DNA from: Camelus ferus
Lineage: Eukaryota
Direction of reading: 5' to 3'
NCBI RefSeq assembly: GCF_009834535.1
Contig: NC_045697.1
Coordinates: forward strand, 73,286,001 to 73,350,000
Length of the DNA stretch: 64,000 nt
In this document: one piece after another, positions 14,801-27,300 of the stretch
Numbering within the stretch: the first letter of the stretch is position 1
How the letters are laid out: every line of letters starts with the position of its first letter
Notes under the pieces: model-generated
Database searches by the model: none
What the model saw: only the letters and a program-made list of their open reading frames with translations
Told to the model about the DNA's origin: nothing
Program-made: the position numbers and the translations under genes

Positions 14801-15044
14801 CCATCTCTCTGATATAACCTGATGGAAGCTGTAACAAACACATATTTACAGAAAGACTGGCAACAAATAAAATTTCATTTCAAATAATCAGTTTTTAAAA
14901 AAAATTAGTTAAGAATTATCTTGAGGTAACTCAGAAAATTCTCCACAAAACATTCTTTCAAAAGAATTTTCATTAAGCTCATTTGTTCAGCAAACATCTT
15001 TGAGTTCTATGTCAGGCTTCATTTTCTGAAGCCTTCTTCTCTTT

Positions 15045-15850
15045 CACATGACTCATCCACTCGTTTATTCAACAAATATGAATTAAGCACTTTCTTTGTT
15101 CCAGGTGAATATAAAACAGATTAAAAGACTTGCCTTCATAAAGTTTGCTTTCTATGGTGGGGATGGACAGTAAGCAAGATGAGTAAGTAAAGCAAATATA
15201 ATAGTTTAGAATATGGGAGGTGCCATGCAATAAAATAAAGCATGGAAGGAAGAAAAATGAGAATGACTTGTTGGGGTGGGAGTATTTTTAAATTACGTAA
15301 ACTATTTGATAAAGCATTTGGACAAAGACAGGAAGAAGCGAGCAGATCCCTGTTTGTATATCTAAGGGAAGAGTACCTGCACAGAGGAGCCCATGAGCCT
15401 GAAACACACCTGGTAGGGCCTGGAAAGAATGAGGAAGTCAGAGGGACTGTAAGAGGCTGAGCAAGGGACAAAGCGGAGGAAGATGAGCACAGGCAGCGGG
15501 TAGTTAACTGACAGATCACACAGGATCTCATAGACCATTATACGCATTTTGGATTTTACTCTGATCCAAGATGGGGGACCGGGAAGGGAAACAGGAATAG
15601 AACAAGCTGACTTCTGTTTTGAAAGGATTACTCTGGGCACCATACAGCCCTGTCTGCAGGCAAGGAAGGAAGGCGGGACCTAAGGAGAGCAGTTAGTGGC
15701 GACTCAGATAGTCCAGGCTATAGATGACAGTGAATTGGTTTAGGGTGATGGCAGTGAAGACAGTGCAGGTGGTCAGAGTCTAGATAATTTTTCAAGCTAG
15801 GCTAACAGAATTTTCTGAGTGTTAGATACAGAGAGCGAAAGAGAGAAGGC
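15045..15850 (-). mobile_element. LINE-2 fragment
   Basis: Starts with the reverse-complemented L2 3' tail (tttattcaacaaatatgaattaagcact), followed by a typical L2 purine-rich body. Confidence 0.8.
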
Positions 15851-17479
15851 AACTTATTTACAAGCAAATAAAGAGGATCAAAGCAAATACTTGTGTATTT
15901 GTGGATATATTTGCTTCACTTTAAAAACAAATAAATGAGAAATGTACTACATGGTTATTCACATGGAAAGTGATACTGATGACTGAAGTCATTTGGGTCC
16001 ATCTTTTCTTGATACATATTCACACCATCTAAGTCATTTTTATATCTTTGTTCAATGAGCATCAAATGTTTTACCTTTCAGTCTGATTTACTCTCCAAAT
16101 AGCTTATTTTTTTTAAATTTTGTGGTTATTTCTAGTTCAAGAATCAGTAAAGAAAAATAAAATGGATAAAAATGAAAGTGTCTGTATTTATTGTGATAAT
16201 TTGGCAAAACGAAATTATTTGAAATAATTCTGTCCATATATTGTGCTTTTATTTTATCAAGACATACCTCAAAGAGCAGTAACTTACAATAGGAGTAAGA
16301 TTACATTCTATTCCACAATGACAGAGAAATAAGTAAAAAGCATATAAGGGTAACTGTGTCCATTTTTTCTGCTTAAAGTAGAATGATATTTACTTAAAAA
16401 TTAAAATATTTCAATATATTTGTATACAGATACTTTTAAAAACAAGTTACATTTATTTTTTGGCCAAGAAATAAACCAGAACTAATGATATATAATTTAA
16501 TATTTTCATCTAATTTGAATCTATTTTCAAGCCAATTATAAATTCCACTAATGTTACTATCGCTTCCTAAACCCTAAAGATACTATAAAAATTAAGTATT
16601 TCCTCAGTCTGAAAAAGTTAATTCTATAAATGTTTCAAATTTGGACTTCAAATACAATCTTCTATTGTCTGAAAAGGCTATAATCATCAGTTTAGTCTCC
16701 ATGAACAGGTTTGGGGACAAGGAAGGATAAGAAAAATCTTGGCCAGTGATTCACTAAAGTTACAAGATTAAACAGAACATGTCTTGACTAAGACAATCAC
16801 TTTTCTCAGAAACAACTTTTAAAAAATAAAGTTACTAATCATTGTTTTTAGAGGTATTCTTTTAAAATATTGATTCAAATAAATCAATTTTCACATATTT
16901 CTAATGATGGGAGCAGATTTCTTAAAATCATTAGGGTTGTGAATTTTGAAAGTAAAAAGTATTATTAATAGGATTCCAAAACTACTTCCCAATGTTTAAA
17001 TAAAATATTATTCACATCCAATTATGAGCTACCCAAAGGATGATTACCATTTAAAAATAATTATTAAAGACACATTAATTAGCATGTTAAAAGTGAAATA
17101 ACAGACAACAACTAAAAATATATTAAAATTCTTATTATTTCTTTGTTTCCTTTTACTGTCCAACATAAAAGTGGGCTTTAATGTAATTTGAAAAGATTGT
17201 TTTATAACTTTTGTATTTATGTGTAGAACTATTCCAGCTAAGGTTGTGAGTATTCTCAGCTTTGCTGGATTTGAGTGCATAATTTCTGAGGTTCAGACCC
17301 CACTCTGCCTGTTTTACACGACCTGAGTTACACCGTTAACCTCTCTGCTTTTTCACCTGTAAAATAACAAACAAACAAGCCCATAAAATGTGCCTATATG
17401 GACAAGGAGTGGTTTAATGGAAAATCCCTGTGCTTCTTCACTGAGTAAATCTAAAAAGAAAAAGGTCAAGACATCCAAG

Positions 17480-17945
17480 TTTCCATTCACCAAATATAAT
17501 CTGAGCACTTACTGTTTACTAATTACCGTGTTAATTTTTCAAGGAGTTCAAAGGAGAGTTAAGAGCCCCTCACTCATAAAAGATTCACGCTCTGGGTTTA
17601 GTCACTTTAAGGTGGTGTGTTAGGAGCTATGACGAATGAATAGGGTGCTGGGAAGCATGCAATAAAGGCAACTAACCAGCTTGATCATGGGGGAGTGCAA
17701 AGACGACGCCAGCGTACTTCCTGGAAACAGTGGCACGTGACAGAGACACAAAGATGCTAAGGGCCAATTTAGAAGAAAGGAGGTGGCGAGGGGTAGGCTT
17801 TCTAGTAAAGGAAATTCAAAGGAGCAAAGGCCCAGAGGTAACTAAAATGTTCAAGTTTTACGTGCCTGAAGGGTGAACAGTTAGGAATTAACCTGGAAAG
17901 GTAAACACATCAAATTCCAGAGGATTTGGATTTTATCCTATGGGC
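17480..17945 (-). mobile_element. LINE-2 fragment (highly degenerate)
   Basis: ccattcaccaaatataatctgagcacttactg start; ggatttggattttatcct end. Confidence 0.55.
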
Positions 17946-18699
17946 GGGAGCTCTCCCCAGCTTGTGCTGGGACCCGCAAGTGAGCTGTGAATGGGGCTAC
18001 ACCTGTGGTTCTTCGAGCTTCCAGGTGAGTAGAGGGACCCAAGTGAGCCAGATCCCGGGCTTGTGTCACCTCGGACCTCGAACTGCTGTGCCCGTTTTTC
18101 TCGCAATGCCCTATAAAAATTACCATTTCTGTGAAGCCATGGCTTGAAAAATTTAGAGAGTCTCTCCTAGGCAATAGTAGGCCTTAAACAGTTCCTGCCA
18201 AGAGGCAGTTTGTTTTAACCAGATCTGCTGCTCAGAGAGGCACTCTCCCCACTAACAGAGGACTGAATTCCTCCCTGTTGTTGGAGGAAACACTAAGGCA
18301 GCAGAACACAAAGGCTGTCTGAGGACTCAGCCTGTGCCTGGGGACCACGGGGCTGGGTGGTCACACGGCCATCTCGGGTAATGAAGAAAGCTGGCAGCCG
18401 GAATGCCACAGAGAACATGGGAAGGAAGGAAAGCTTCAATGGTAATGCCTCTGATAAAAAATGGGTATTTAAAGGGAACTTTAAATAAATGCATCTGCTA
18501 AGGGATAGGAATGAGGGGGCTGAAGGAACAGAGCACCCCAGCACAGATCAGCATGGGACACTCCGAGGAGGCCCCGTATATAATTCAGAGAGCTTAGCAA
18601 AAGGAGAAACCCAGACAAGCCAGAACCCCACCTCTCAGATCTCCTAAAGGATTTCTCCAGCTCTCTGGTGATGAGAAACCATGCAAGCATTTATATTGT

Positions 18700-18985
18700 A
18701 CTTAATTGTTAGTTAACAAACACTTTTACAGTATTTACAAGGTTCTGAGAGCTGTTCTGTTTTTCACAAATATATTTACACCTCACAACAACCCAGTGAG
18801 ATGGGGGTCAACAGAGTCTACAATTATCTTCTTTTAACAAATGAAGAAACTGGGGTTTAAAGGGCTTAATAAAAGTTCCAAGATCACACTGCTATAAATC
18901 ATGAAGTGTTACAGTCAAGATTCTACCCCAATTTGTTGGGCTTCAGGATCTGTGACCTTAACAACTGTGCTATACTGTCTCACAG
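18700..18985 (-). mobile_element. MIR SINE
   Basis: cctcacaacaacccagtgagatg...caaatgaagaaactggggt...ccaagatcacac MIR core. Confidence 0.75.
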
Positions 18986-19129
18986 AACTCCACCGACCAC
19001 AATTTGTGATGAAAATATAACATATCATAACATAGCATCATGACATAACACTATAAATATTATATAATTTGACACGCATACGTCAAGGAGAACAAAGTCT
19101 GTAAAGCTCTCATTTCCTGGTGTTGATTC

Positions 19130-19184
19130 CATCTTCTTGTTCCTCAAAATCCATTTCCACATAGCAATAGAGAAAGCCTCCTAA

Positions 19185-19256
<72 letters not shown>

Positions 19257-19785
19257 GATCATGCATTACCTTGCATGACCTCCTTCAGAGGCTTACCATT
19301 GCTCTTAAACTAAAATCCACAGTTGCTACCATGGTTTATAAGATAATGTGCCCATGCCAACCTCTACCTCCTGGGGTCATACTCTCTTCCTTTATACTCA
19401 GGGAACTCCAATTCACTTGTTTTCCTTCTACTCTGGCCTCTTTGGTGAGTGACTCCCCATCTTTCAGATCGTACCTCTAACGCCTTCTGTAGAAGACTCT
19501 TTGCTGACCACCTTTTCCAAGGTAGGTCCCGCCCTGACTCCTTGTGATGTCATCTCGTTTCATTGCCTTCAAACTATCTGTCATTCTCTGAGACAACCTC
19601 TTTTAAAAATGTGCTTACTTTTATAATTATTCATCTCCCATGGCCACAGGAGAACGGTAAAACAATGAAAGCAGACACTTCTCACACTGTTCACTTAGAC
19701 TTGAGGCCTACCGATATCTAAAGCAGTGTGACGTTCCCCAGACAATTGGTGCTCTGTACTTTCTGAATAAATAAATGAATGGAAG
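19130..19785 (+). mobile_element. LINE-2 3' fragment
   Basis: Pyrimidine-rich L2 body ending ctgaataaataaatgaatgga. Confidence 0.7.
19185..19253. repeat. (AAT)23 perfect trinucleotide microsatellite
   Basis: Seen directly. Confidence 0.97.
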
Positions 19786-19914
19786 ACCCAAGAAGAAAGA
19801 TTAGCTAAAAGCTTTCATTCAATCAGTGATAAAATTCTGTTTACCTTCTGAGGAAAAGTCACTCTAATGGCTAGCTTAAAATGGATGATTTATGAAATTT
19901 CCTAATCTTTAGAG

Positions 19915-20160
19915 AATCAATATAATGCACAGAACTTTGAAGCCAACCAGACCTGCTTTGAAGCCTGACATTTTTACTCATAAGCTTTACAAACTTGGGT
20001 AAATTATCTAATCTAGTTATGCCACAGTTTCCTCAAATTTCAAATTAGAATAGTTGAAGTACTTTCACATAGAACCATGTGAAGACTAAATAAAATCACG
20101 TGTATAAAACTCTTACCATAGAACCTGGGACTCAATCAATGTTAACTATTATTATTAGCA
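19915..20160 (+). mobile_element. MIR SINE
   Basis: agaactttgaagccaaccagacctg...cttgggtaaattatctaatc...cagtttcctc...caatgttaactattattatt. Confidence 0.75.
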
Positions 20161-23100
20161 TTATAAAGAAATTAAAGTTAAAAATCTCTCTTTTCACATT
20201 GAATTAATGGATAATAAATTCATAGCCAGCAACTGAAAATTTCAAAATAAAGATGAATATATAACTTAATCATTCATTAATTTGCCTAAAACTTTTTAAT
20301 TTAACATTTTGTTTAAGATAACAGGATAAAAAGGTGTTTTGTCACACTCTCACTTGTTTTTGGTTTGCTTTTGGTTAAGATAACTGGGTAAAAAAGTTTT
20401 TTGCCATGCTATCACTTGACAGCTTCCCTGAAAATGAGGGAGTAGAAAACAATCGCTCAGAATTTCAAATAATGAGAATTAGATTCTAACCAGATCATTT
20501 TTTGGACAAAGTTAGAATGAGAATAGCAAATGAATTTGATTTTTATATTCAGTTGAATTTTATGTATATAAGAATAAATATGTAAAAATTAACCAACATT
20601 TTATTTTGGCAGAAATGATGAAATCCTTCCTATTAAAATATTCAACATATTCCTATTTAACATATTCAATGCATAGCAGTATGTAAACATAAAAAAATCA
20701 AAAGGCACACACAATACATAACAGCAATGTCACACAACCCATATCTGTCAGTCTAACGGTAAGTGTACACATGGCATTGTTATGGTGAGACTGCAGTTAC
20801 GTAAAAGGGGTACAAACTTAGTTACCCTCCTGAGTAAAGTATTTGGCTATTTTAATAATAAGACACACACACTGGTCACCCTACAGAAAGCCTAGAAATT
20901 ACACTTCTATGATCAATAGCCAGTAGCCTTGGAGATTCATTTCTAATTTGTCACCAAATGTTTGTATCCTTCCCCAATCCCACCAACGCCTCACTGAACA
21001 GTTGTCTAATTATAATAAGGATAGAATTTTGTCTAACAATTTCCACTACTCCCTCTTTCAGTTGGTACTCAATTGCCACCCTGCTTCCCCCCATCTAGAC
21101 TTCAAGAGAAAAAAAAAACAGTTTTTAGTTAATTTCTCCCCAAACTAGAATTTTAGAGGATTGCAAGAAGAAAATCTCAGAGTATTGAACATCAAATATA
21201 CATTGATTGACTGAGAGTTTTGCCAGCTCTTTTTAAAAGAAACAAATGCTGGAAACTATTCACTTTTTCAATAAAGACAATAACACTAAGTGTAATTCTT
21301 ACGAGACTATACTTAGGAAACTCATCAAAACAAAATATCCAGGCCCCGTAACAAAACCACCAATTTTACTAGAATTACAAAGGGTACTCTATAAGTATTT
21401 CCAAGCAGGACATTTTTAGAATAAGTTGATTTCAAAACTGAAATGGCTTAGAGTGAAATTTACACTTCCCTCTGGTTATTAATCTCTTTTGGGAAAACCA
21501 TGACAGAAGAGTGAGGAGGCTGGTCCTGTTTCTATAGCACAAAATTCCAACAGTCCTTCTAGGAGGCGCCATAGTGAATGAACACATGGAGTCACCAGCT
21601 ATTGTAAACATTTTCCACCTAAAGGACCTTATCTTCCACTGGTGCCTTGGCTTTGGGATGCATAATCTCGTTTCTGGCAAGATGAACTGCTACTCAGGGG
21701 CAGTCTTCCCACATGGCCATCTTTCTTTCCAAGTTAAAATCCCCAAATCTCATTAAAAAGTTCTTTAAAAAAGAGAGAGAGAGAGAGAGAGAAAATTGCC
21801 TATTTTTGATTTCTCCCAGAAAAGAAGCAAACTGGGAAGAAAAAAAAAATTGTAGCAAATTAGTCTGGAAGATTACAGTTATCAAACCAACTATGAAGAA
21901 TCCCAATTATAAAGCCTGCTTTGCAGCTCCTTCTGGACTTTCTATACTGGCGGCTCTGTGGAGCTTAATAAGTCTAAAAGCATCTAGATTTTCTTTCATT
22001 GATCAGACGGCCCTCTTTTCCTTTCCACTTTTCATCTGATTAGAAGTGAACGCGAAAAAGCAGGTTTGTTGAGGCAGCCCAGGAAGGGGAAAAAAAATGT
22101 AAAAGGCCCAAGCAAACAAACTGTTAAACTGTAAGCAACGATATACAACACTGCTCTCTTTACACGAGGCTTGGGAGGAATTTTACTGAACTGTCTGTGA
22201 AAGAGCTATGTAAAGCTCGGGGATTGAGGGAGTTGAAGTGAGAAGGCACAAAATTGCAGTGCTTCCCAGAGTGGTCGAGCTCAGCTCTGGCCCCCAAGGC
22301 GCCTCCCCTTCCCCTCCCCCGTCCTCCTCTAATGAGAACACATTAAGCCTTTCTCAATGCCCTGATGTGCTCTTACGCTGCAGAATCCTTGCATTGCAAT
22401 GCACAATGCAGTCCAAGGATTTCTAACATTATAAAGAGAGAGAAAATGCTTTCTAGACAGCTCATCCAGCCCCTCCCCGGCGCTCAGCAGGGATTTAAGT
22501 GTGTCTACTTCGGCTGAAAGTAAATGCATATTTTTGCCCCCAACTAAAAGGGACTTTTTCCCTGTTTCCTGCTCACAAAGGCGTCTGTATATTCTCTCTG
22601 CATCTTACTCTTACACTGTGGACATTGTCAGAATTTGGAATTGTAGACCACACACACATAGTTTATGCTCTTGGTTTACAATACCTCCACATTTTATTTC
22701 CTCACACACATTGCCCATTATTTTTAAGCTCTTCATGGAGATAAAGGAAATATTTAACCCAGCTAGGAAGGCTGGAAGCCCAAATTAATTTTAGGAATAA
22801 TTTAATCACTCAATTTAATTTCTATTTTATTTTTATACCCTCTTAACTATGTAGGGATCGAGTATTACATTTTCCAAAAAAAAAAAAAAAACAAAAATTT
22901 CTTATCACCAGGCTTCTTTTGACTGAGTCGAGGATTTCCTATAAATAATTAAAATCAAGGTGCCTGTTTCTTCAGGATTTCCAAGATTATATAGCGTATT
23001 CAGTGAATAAAAACTCTTAATTTTCTCCCTATGGGAAAATGCTTTGCAAACACCTGCATTCTGCTGACGTTAAGCTCAAGGACAGTTTGTAAATTACCAA

Positions 23101-24270
23101 GCAGGCGCTAAAAATGATGACCAGCAGGATGAAGCCTCCGGTCTGACCAGGGGTTAAATGCTGATGGGAAACCAAACCAGCTTCACAAGCCCTGCGAGTG
23201 TCGTTGGTCCCTCCCCTGTTGGCAGAGTTTCGTCAACACGTATAATAAAAATAAATGCAACACGACGATGGCTTTAACATAGGAGGACGTTTTCCTTATC
23301 TGGTGGAGGGAGGATGCATTAAGGTTTGTAGTGTTAGTTCTCTTAGATGATTCTTCTGTTGTGGTCGTTGTTGTTACTAGAAATTTAACAGGTAACATGG
23401 CCCATAAGTGATTCATCTACTAAAACAGGCTCAGAGCTGCAAGTAGAAGAAGGATAATGTTCGATTTTTAAACTTTCATCAGGACAGATAGCAGGGTTGG
23501 TGCCAGATGGGATTAAATGACAGAGAGCTACGTGGTGTGGGCTCCGGGTGCAAAATGGAATGTAAATTGTTCACTGACACCTGGGCTGTGGAACTCCAGT
23601 CAAATTCAGGAAATCGACCATCAAGACTTGCCCTTTCCTTGCCCTTACTAACATGAGCTTGTTTCTGAGAGGGGAAAATATGCCCCCCCCCACTTCCGGC
23701 GGCAAAAATGAACAGCTTCACCAGTCTCGGACTGTCTACCTAACACAGATCAGCTCAGAAAGAAGCAGTCAAGCAGTGTTGGGCACTTTAGAGACTTACT
23801 CTTTTTTGTTTTGTTGTGTTTTTGCTTTTTGCCAATTATGTTTTGGTCTCTGTCCCCCAGGTATAGCATCTATCTAATATAATTTATTCAAGTCAGCTAA
23901 TATTTATTGACTAATATCTACGTACAAGGAAGTCAAGAAATGTGCTGACAACTGGGAAAGATAGGTGATATTATAGTCAAGGTCTCCTTGCCATCTGTTG
24001 TACAAGGATTTTACCCAGTGCCGTGATAAAGGGGTTTGCTCACGCACAGTTCCCTGGCTTTCTTGATAGATTTGAACCTAGTCCTCCGTGTGTCCTTGCT
24101 TACTACAGGCTTATTAGAAGCTCCTAGGTTCAGGATGGCCCATTTCTCCTTTTCTAACCAGAAAGCATCTCCCCCAACCGAAGACCATGCACAGACCCTG
24201 ACTGTCATTTATTATAGAAGTTGGTACCGCAGACAAACACATCCCAAAGAAGGAAGTGGGAGACTTGACC

Positions 24271-24366
24271 AAGATCTTTGGTGGAAAAGATCCTGCCACC
24301 ATGGTACAGTTGCAACTGAATTTGATGACTCAGCATCTTATAATATTTAACCTATTCTCTGGGAAG
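24271..24366 (+). repeat. Left arm of a 96-bp long-range inverted repeat (partner at 53390-53485)
   Basis: Manual alignment to the reverse complement of 53390-53485: 93/96 identical, no gaps. Confidence 0.97.
24325..24335 (+). promoter_or_regulatory. Consensus ARE / NF-E2 / NRF2-sMAF motif ATGACTCAGCA (contains AP-1 TGACTCA)
   Basis: Exact motif match; function untested. Confidence 0.5.
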
Positions 24367-27300
24367 ACTTGATCAAAGATGTGATTCAATCTTTGCTGAA
24401 AATCAAGTCTACCTTGGACATTTATTGAATCGATTGCCATGTATCCTATCAGCCATGTATCCTATCATCAGCTCCTGGAAACATGACTGATTATACCAGA
24501 CATTCTGTTTGGTTACACAGCAATTTAAAACTAAGTTCATGAGAATGAACACACACACATACACATACTCTCCTTCTCTAATGGAAGGAACTGACTTCTA
24601 CAGAGTTCCATTCTGCTGGTTTTGTCAACTAGTTAGCTGATCCAGCTCCCTCTAATTTTCTGCACCTGCCTCCTTTAACCTGCATGCTGTGGTACAGATT
24701 ATTCAGCATCCAGATACTTCTTAATCCTGTCATTTCTCTAGTTGCTGAGATGAACTCTTGTTTGGTCTAATTTTCAGTGTGCTTGTAATTCCAGGAAGAG
24801 GCCAAGATAGCAAAATATGTGGGGCTATCCCCGTGTGTGCTTTAAGTCTGGTTTTAAGGCAGCACTGTGGCCAAGTATTTCTGATGGGGGCATTGGCCCA
24901 GAGCAGACTTTTACTTTAAAAATTATGTTTGAGATTTTATGTCTCTTTTTTTCTCCTTCTCCAAACTTAATGGCTCCCTTTTATTGGTTTGCACTCAGCT
25001 TCAAGATATTAGAAAATAAAATAAAAGTTAACATATATTACCGGAGCCAGTCCTGAAAAGCTAATCTGAAAGTTTGACATATTTTAGTTAGATAATCTGA
25101 TAGGCAAAATTCCGAGTCTTGACTGGATACTTTAATTACTCCTTATTGGTAAAACAAATCTTTATTAATAAAACCAAACTCAGATTCACCTTTTCCGTAT
25201 AATTATTGTTATATTTTCAAGGATAGATCTTGATTGCTTATCCCTACACTGTCTTCTTATTTTCTTTTCCCAGTCTTTTGTGCTTATTTGGGATGCCAGG
25301 GGTAATAAGTCGGATTCAAAAGATGTAGTTATTGTTTCTGATTATTGGTAATCATGGGAACTTTTTATAGAACACCTAACATTCAAATGCAGTCTAGAGG
25401 AAGACAATAAGTCTTTGTGTCTGTTGAGTGAAACCTCCTATTTCCCTTTGTTGTCTGAATGTATTTCACCCTTCTGTCAAAGTATGTCCACTCTAACCTT
25501 TCCTTTTGCACTGCTGGCATCTCTCCAGTCTCCAAAATGCCTGTTTGACTCTCCTCTGACACCTTTATCTGATACAGTCACAACACTTCTTTGCATAATG
25601 AGCAGGCATTCCCTGCTCATTAGAAAGGTAATTTAAGAAAAAAAAAAAGTTTAGATTTTGGTTTTCATGGACATAACAGTATAAACGCAACTTCTGCTCA
25701 ATGAAGCCCTGGCGTCAGAGGTGGGGGAGGGGAGGGATGGTTTCTTTAATAAGAACCAGTTTTGCTTATATCTGAAAACTGGAGATACGGGTTTGTGATT
25801 TTTTTCCCTCCCCCACGAAGAGAAATCTTTAAATAAAGATGTCTTCATCTGAACTGACCACCGTTTATAAAAGCAAATCTGGTTGGGGCTCTGCTGCTTA
25901 TGCTAAAGGAACATTCCTCCCCATTACAATGGCATTTGCACATTTATAGGAGGAATAAAGAAAAAGATGCACAGTACATGTGAAGAAGCCTTCTCTCTGC
26001 CATCCAGAGAAAGAAGAACTAAAAGGATTATAAAAGTTCAGATTAAAATGATATAAAATCTAGCATTTGGCTCCAACACTAGTGCCTTGGTCCTCTGAAG
26101 CTAATCTGTATGCACTCTGTGACCTCCTCGCAGCGAACCCTGCTAAATATATTATTCCCACGGGGGCTTTCACTGCTGCTTGGTGTCAGAAATCAATATG
26201 TATGAGGCGCGTGGATGGGAATTTCTAATAGATCTGCCTGGCCCTGTGCTGCTTTTCAATATCTGCCTTGGACTATTAGTGCCGGCTCGGTGCCTGTGAA
26301 ATAACCGAGATAATCTTTTAAGGTGCACTGTTAAGGTGGAACCTAAATGTTGCTGTTTCAATTAAAACAAAAATTATATTAATAAATCAGTCAGGTCTGG
26401 GGAACCTTGTATAGTCACTCCAGATGGCTGATTAGAAACAAGATGGAATTTAAAGTTTTAAGGAGTGAAATGTTATTTTTAACTTTTCTTTCAAGTTAGA
26501 GGAAGGTATTATATTTTAAGGCTAAGGATGTGTTACTTGGGGAAGGGCATCAATTAGAAATGAAATGAGCAAACTCAGAGTTCTATCACCAAATGATGTT
26601 CATTTTATTTGACTAGGATATGTAAAAGAGGGAAAAAGAGTCATGATCTATGGAAGACAGAGTCCTTTTCCCCACGTTAGGTGAGAACACCTTTGTATAT
26701 GGTCCTTTTTCATATAATTTATTCACATTAAAATTGTTGCACGAGTGATTTCTTTTTTTCTTTTTTTTGATAACTCCACAAATTAATTTTGTCACCATCA
26801 TGCAATTATACCATTTCATGATTTGTTCTTGTATCCGTCCGGTTATTTGGGGCTAAACGTGGGCAAGAAAGTGGTTCATTAACGTTCCACGTTACCCGCC
26901 CCCACTGATGACTGTGCCCCTTCTCAGGCAGCCCAGGGCGGAGTGCCCTGCAGAGAGACTTAGGTCTGCCCTGTGCGCCAGTCTCCGGGTTGTTTCCTCT
27001 TTGTTTCCGGGTTAGTGCTCGCACCCAGCTGTCCAGCACAGTGCACGGAGGGGCAGGGCACAGAAACAACTGGCTGAGGGGCTCCGTCTTCACTCGGGGT
27101 GGCGTTCTCGCGATTAGCATGAATGGGGAAGAGGCAGATGGCCTGTAACCCGCACGTACACTCATCAGGATTTTCGCACAGCCAGGCTGGGTTCAAATCC
27201 CTGCAGGTGGGACAGAAGAGAGGCTCACCCCAGAGGATCGTTTATTTTTTCGGCCACCTTCAGCTCTGTTGCCTTGGGAGGTTGTCAGCCTACCAAAGGT

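Noticed and set aside
25719..25740. G-quadruplex candidate ggtgggggaggggagggatgg
   Set aside because: Only three runs of at least 3 G; not a canonical four-tract G4
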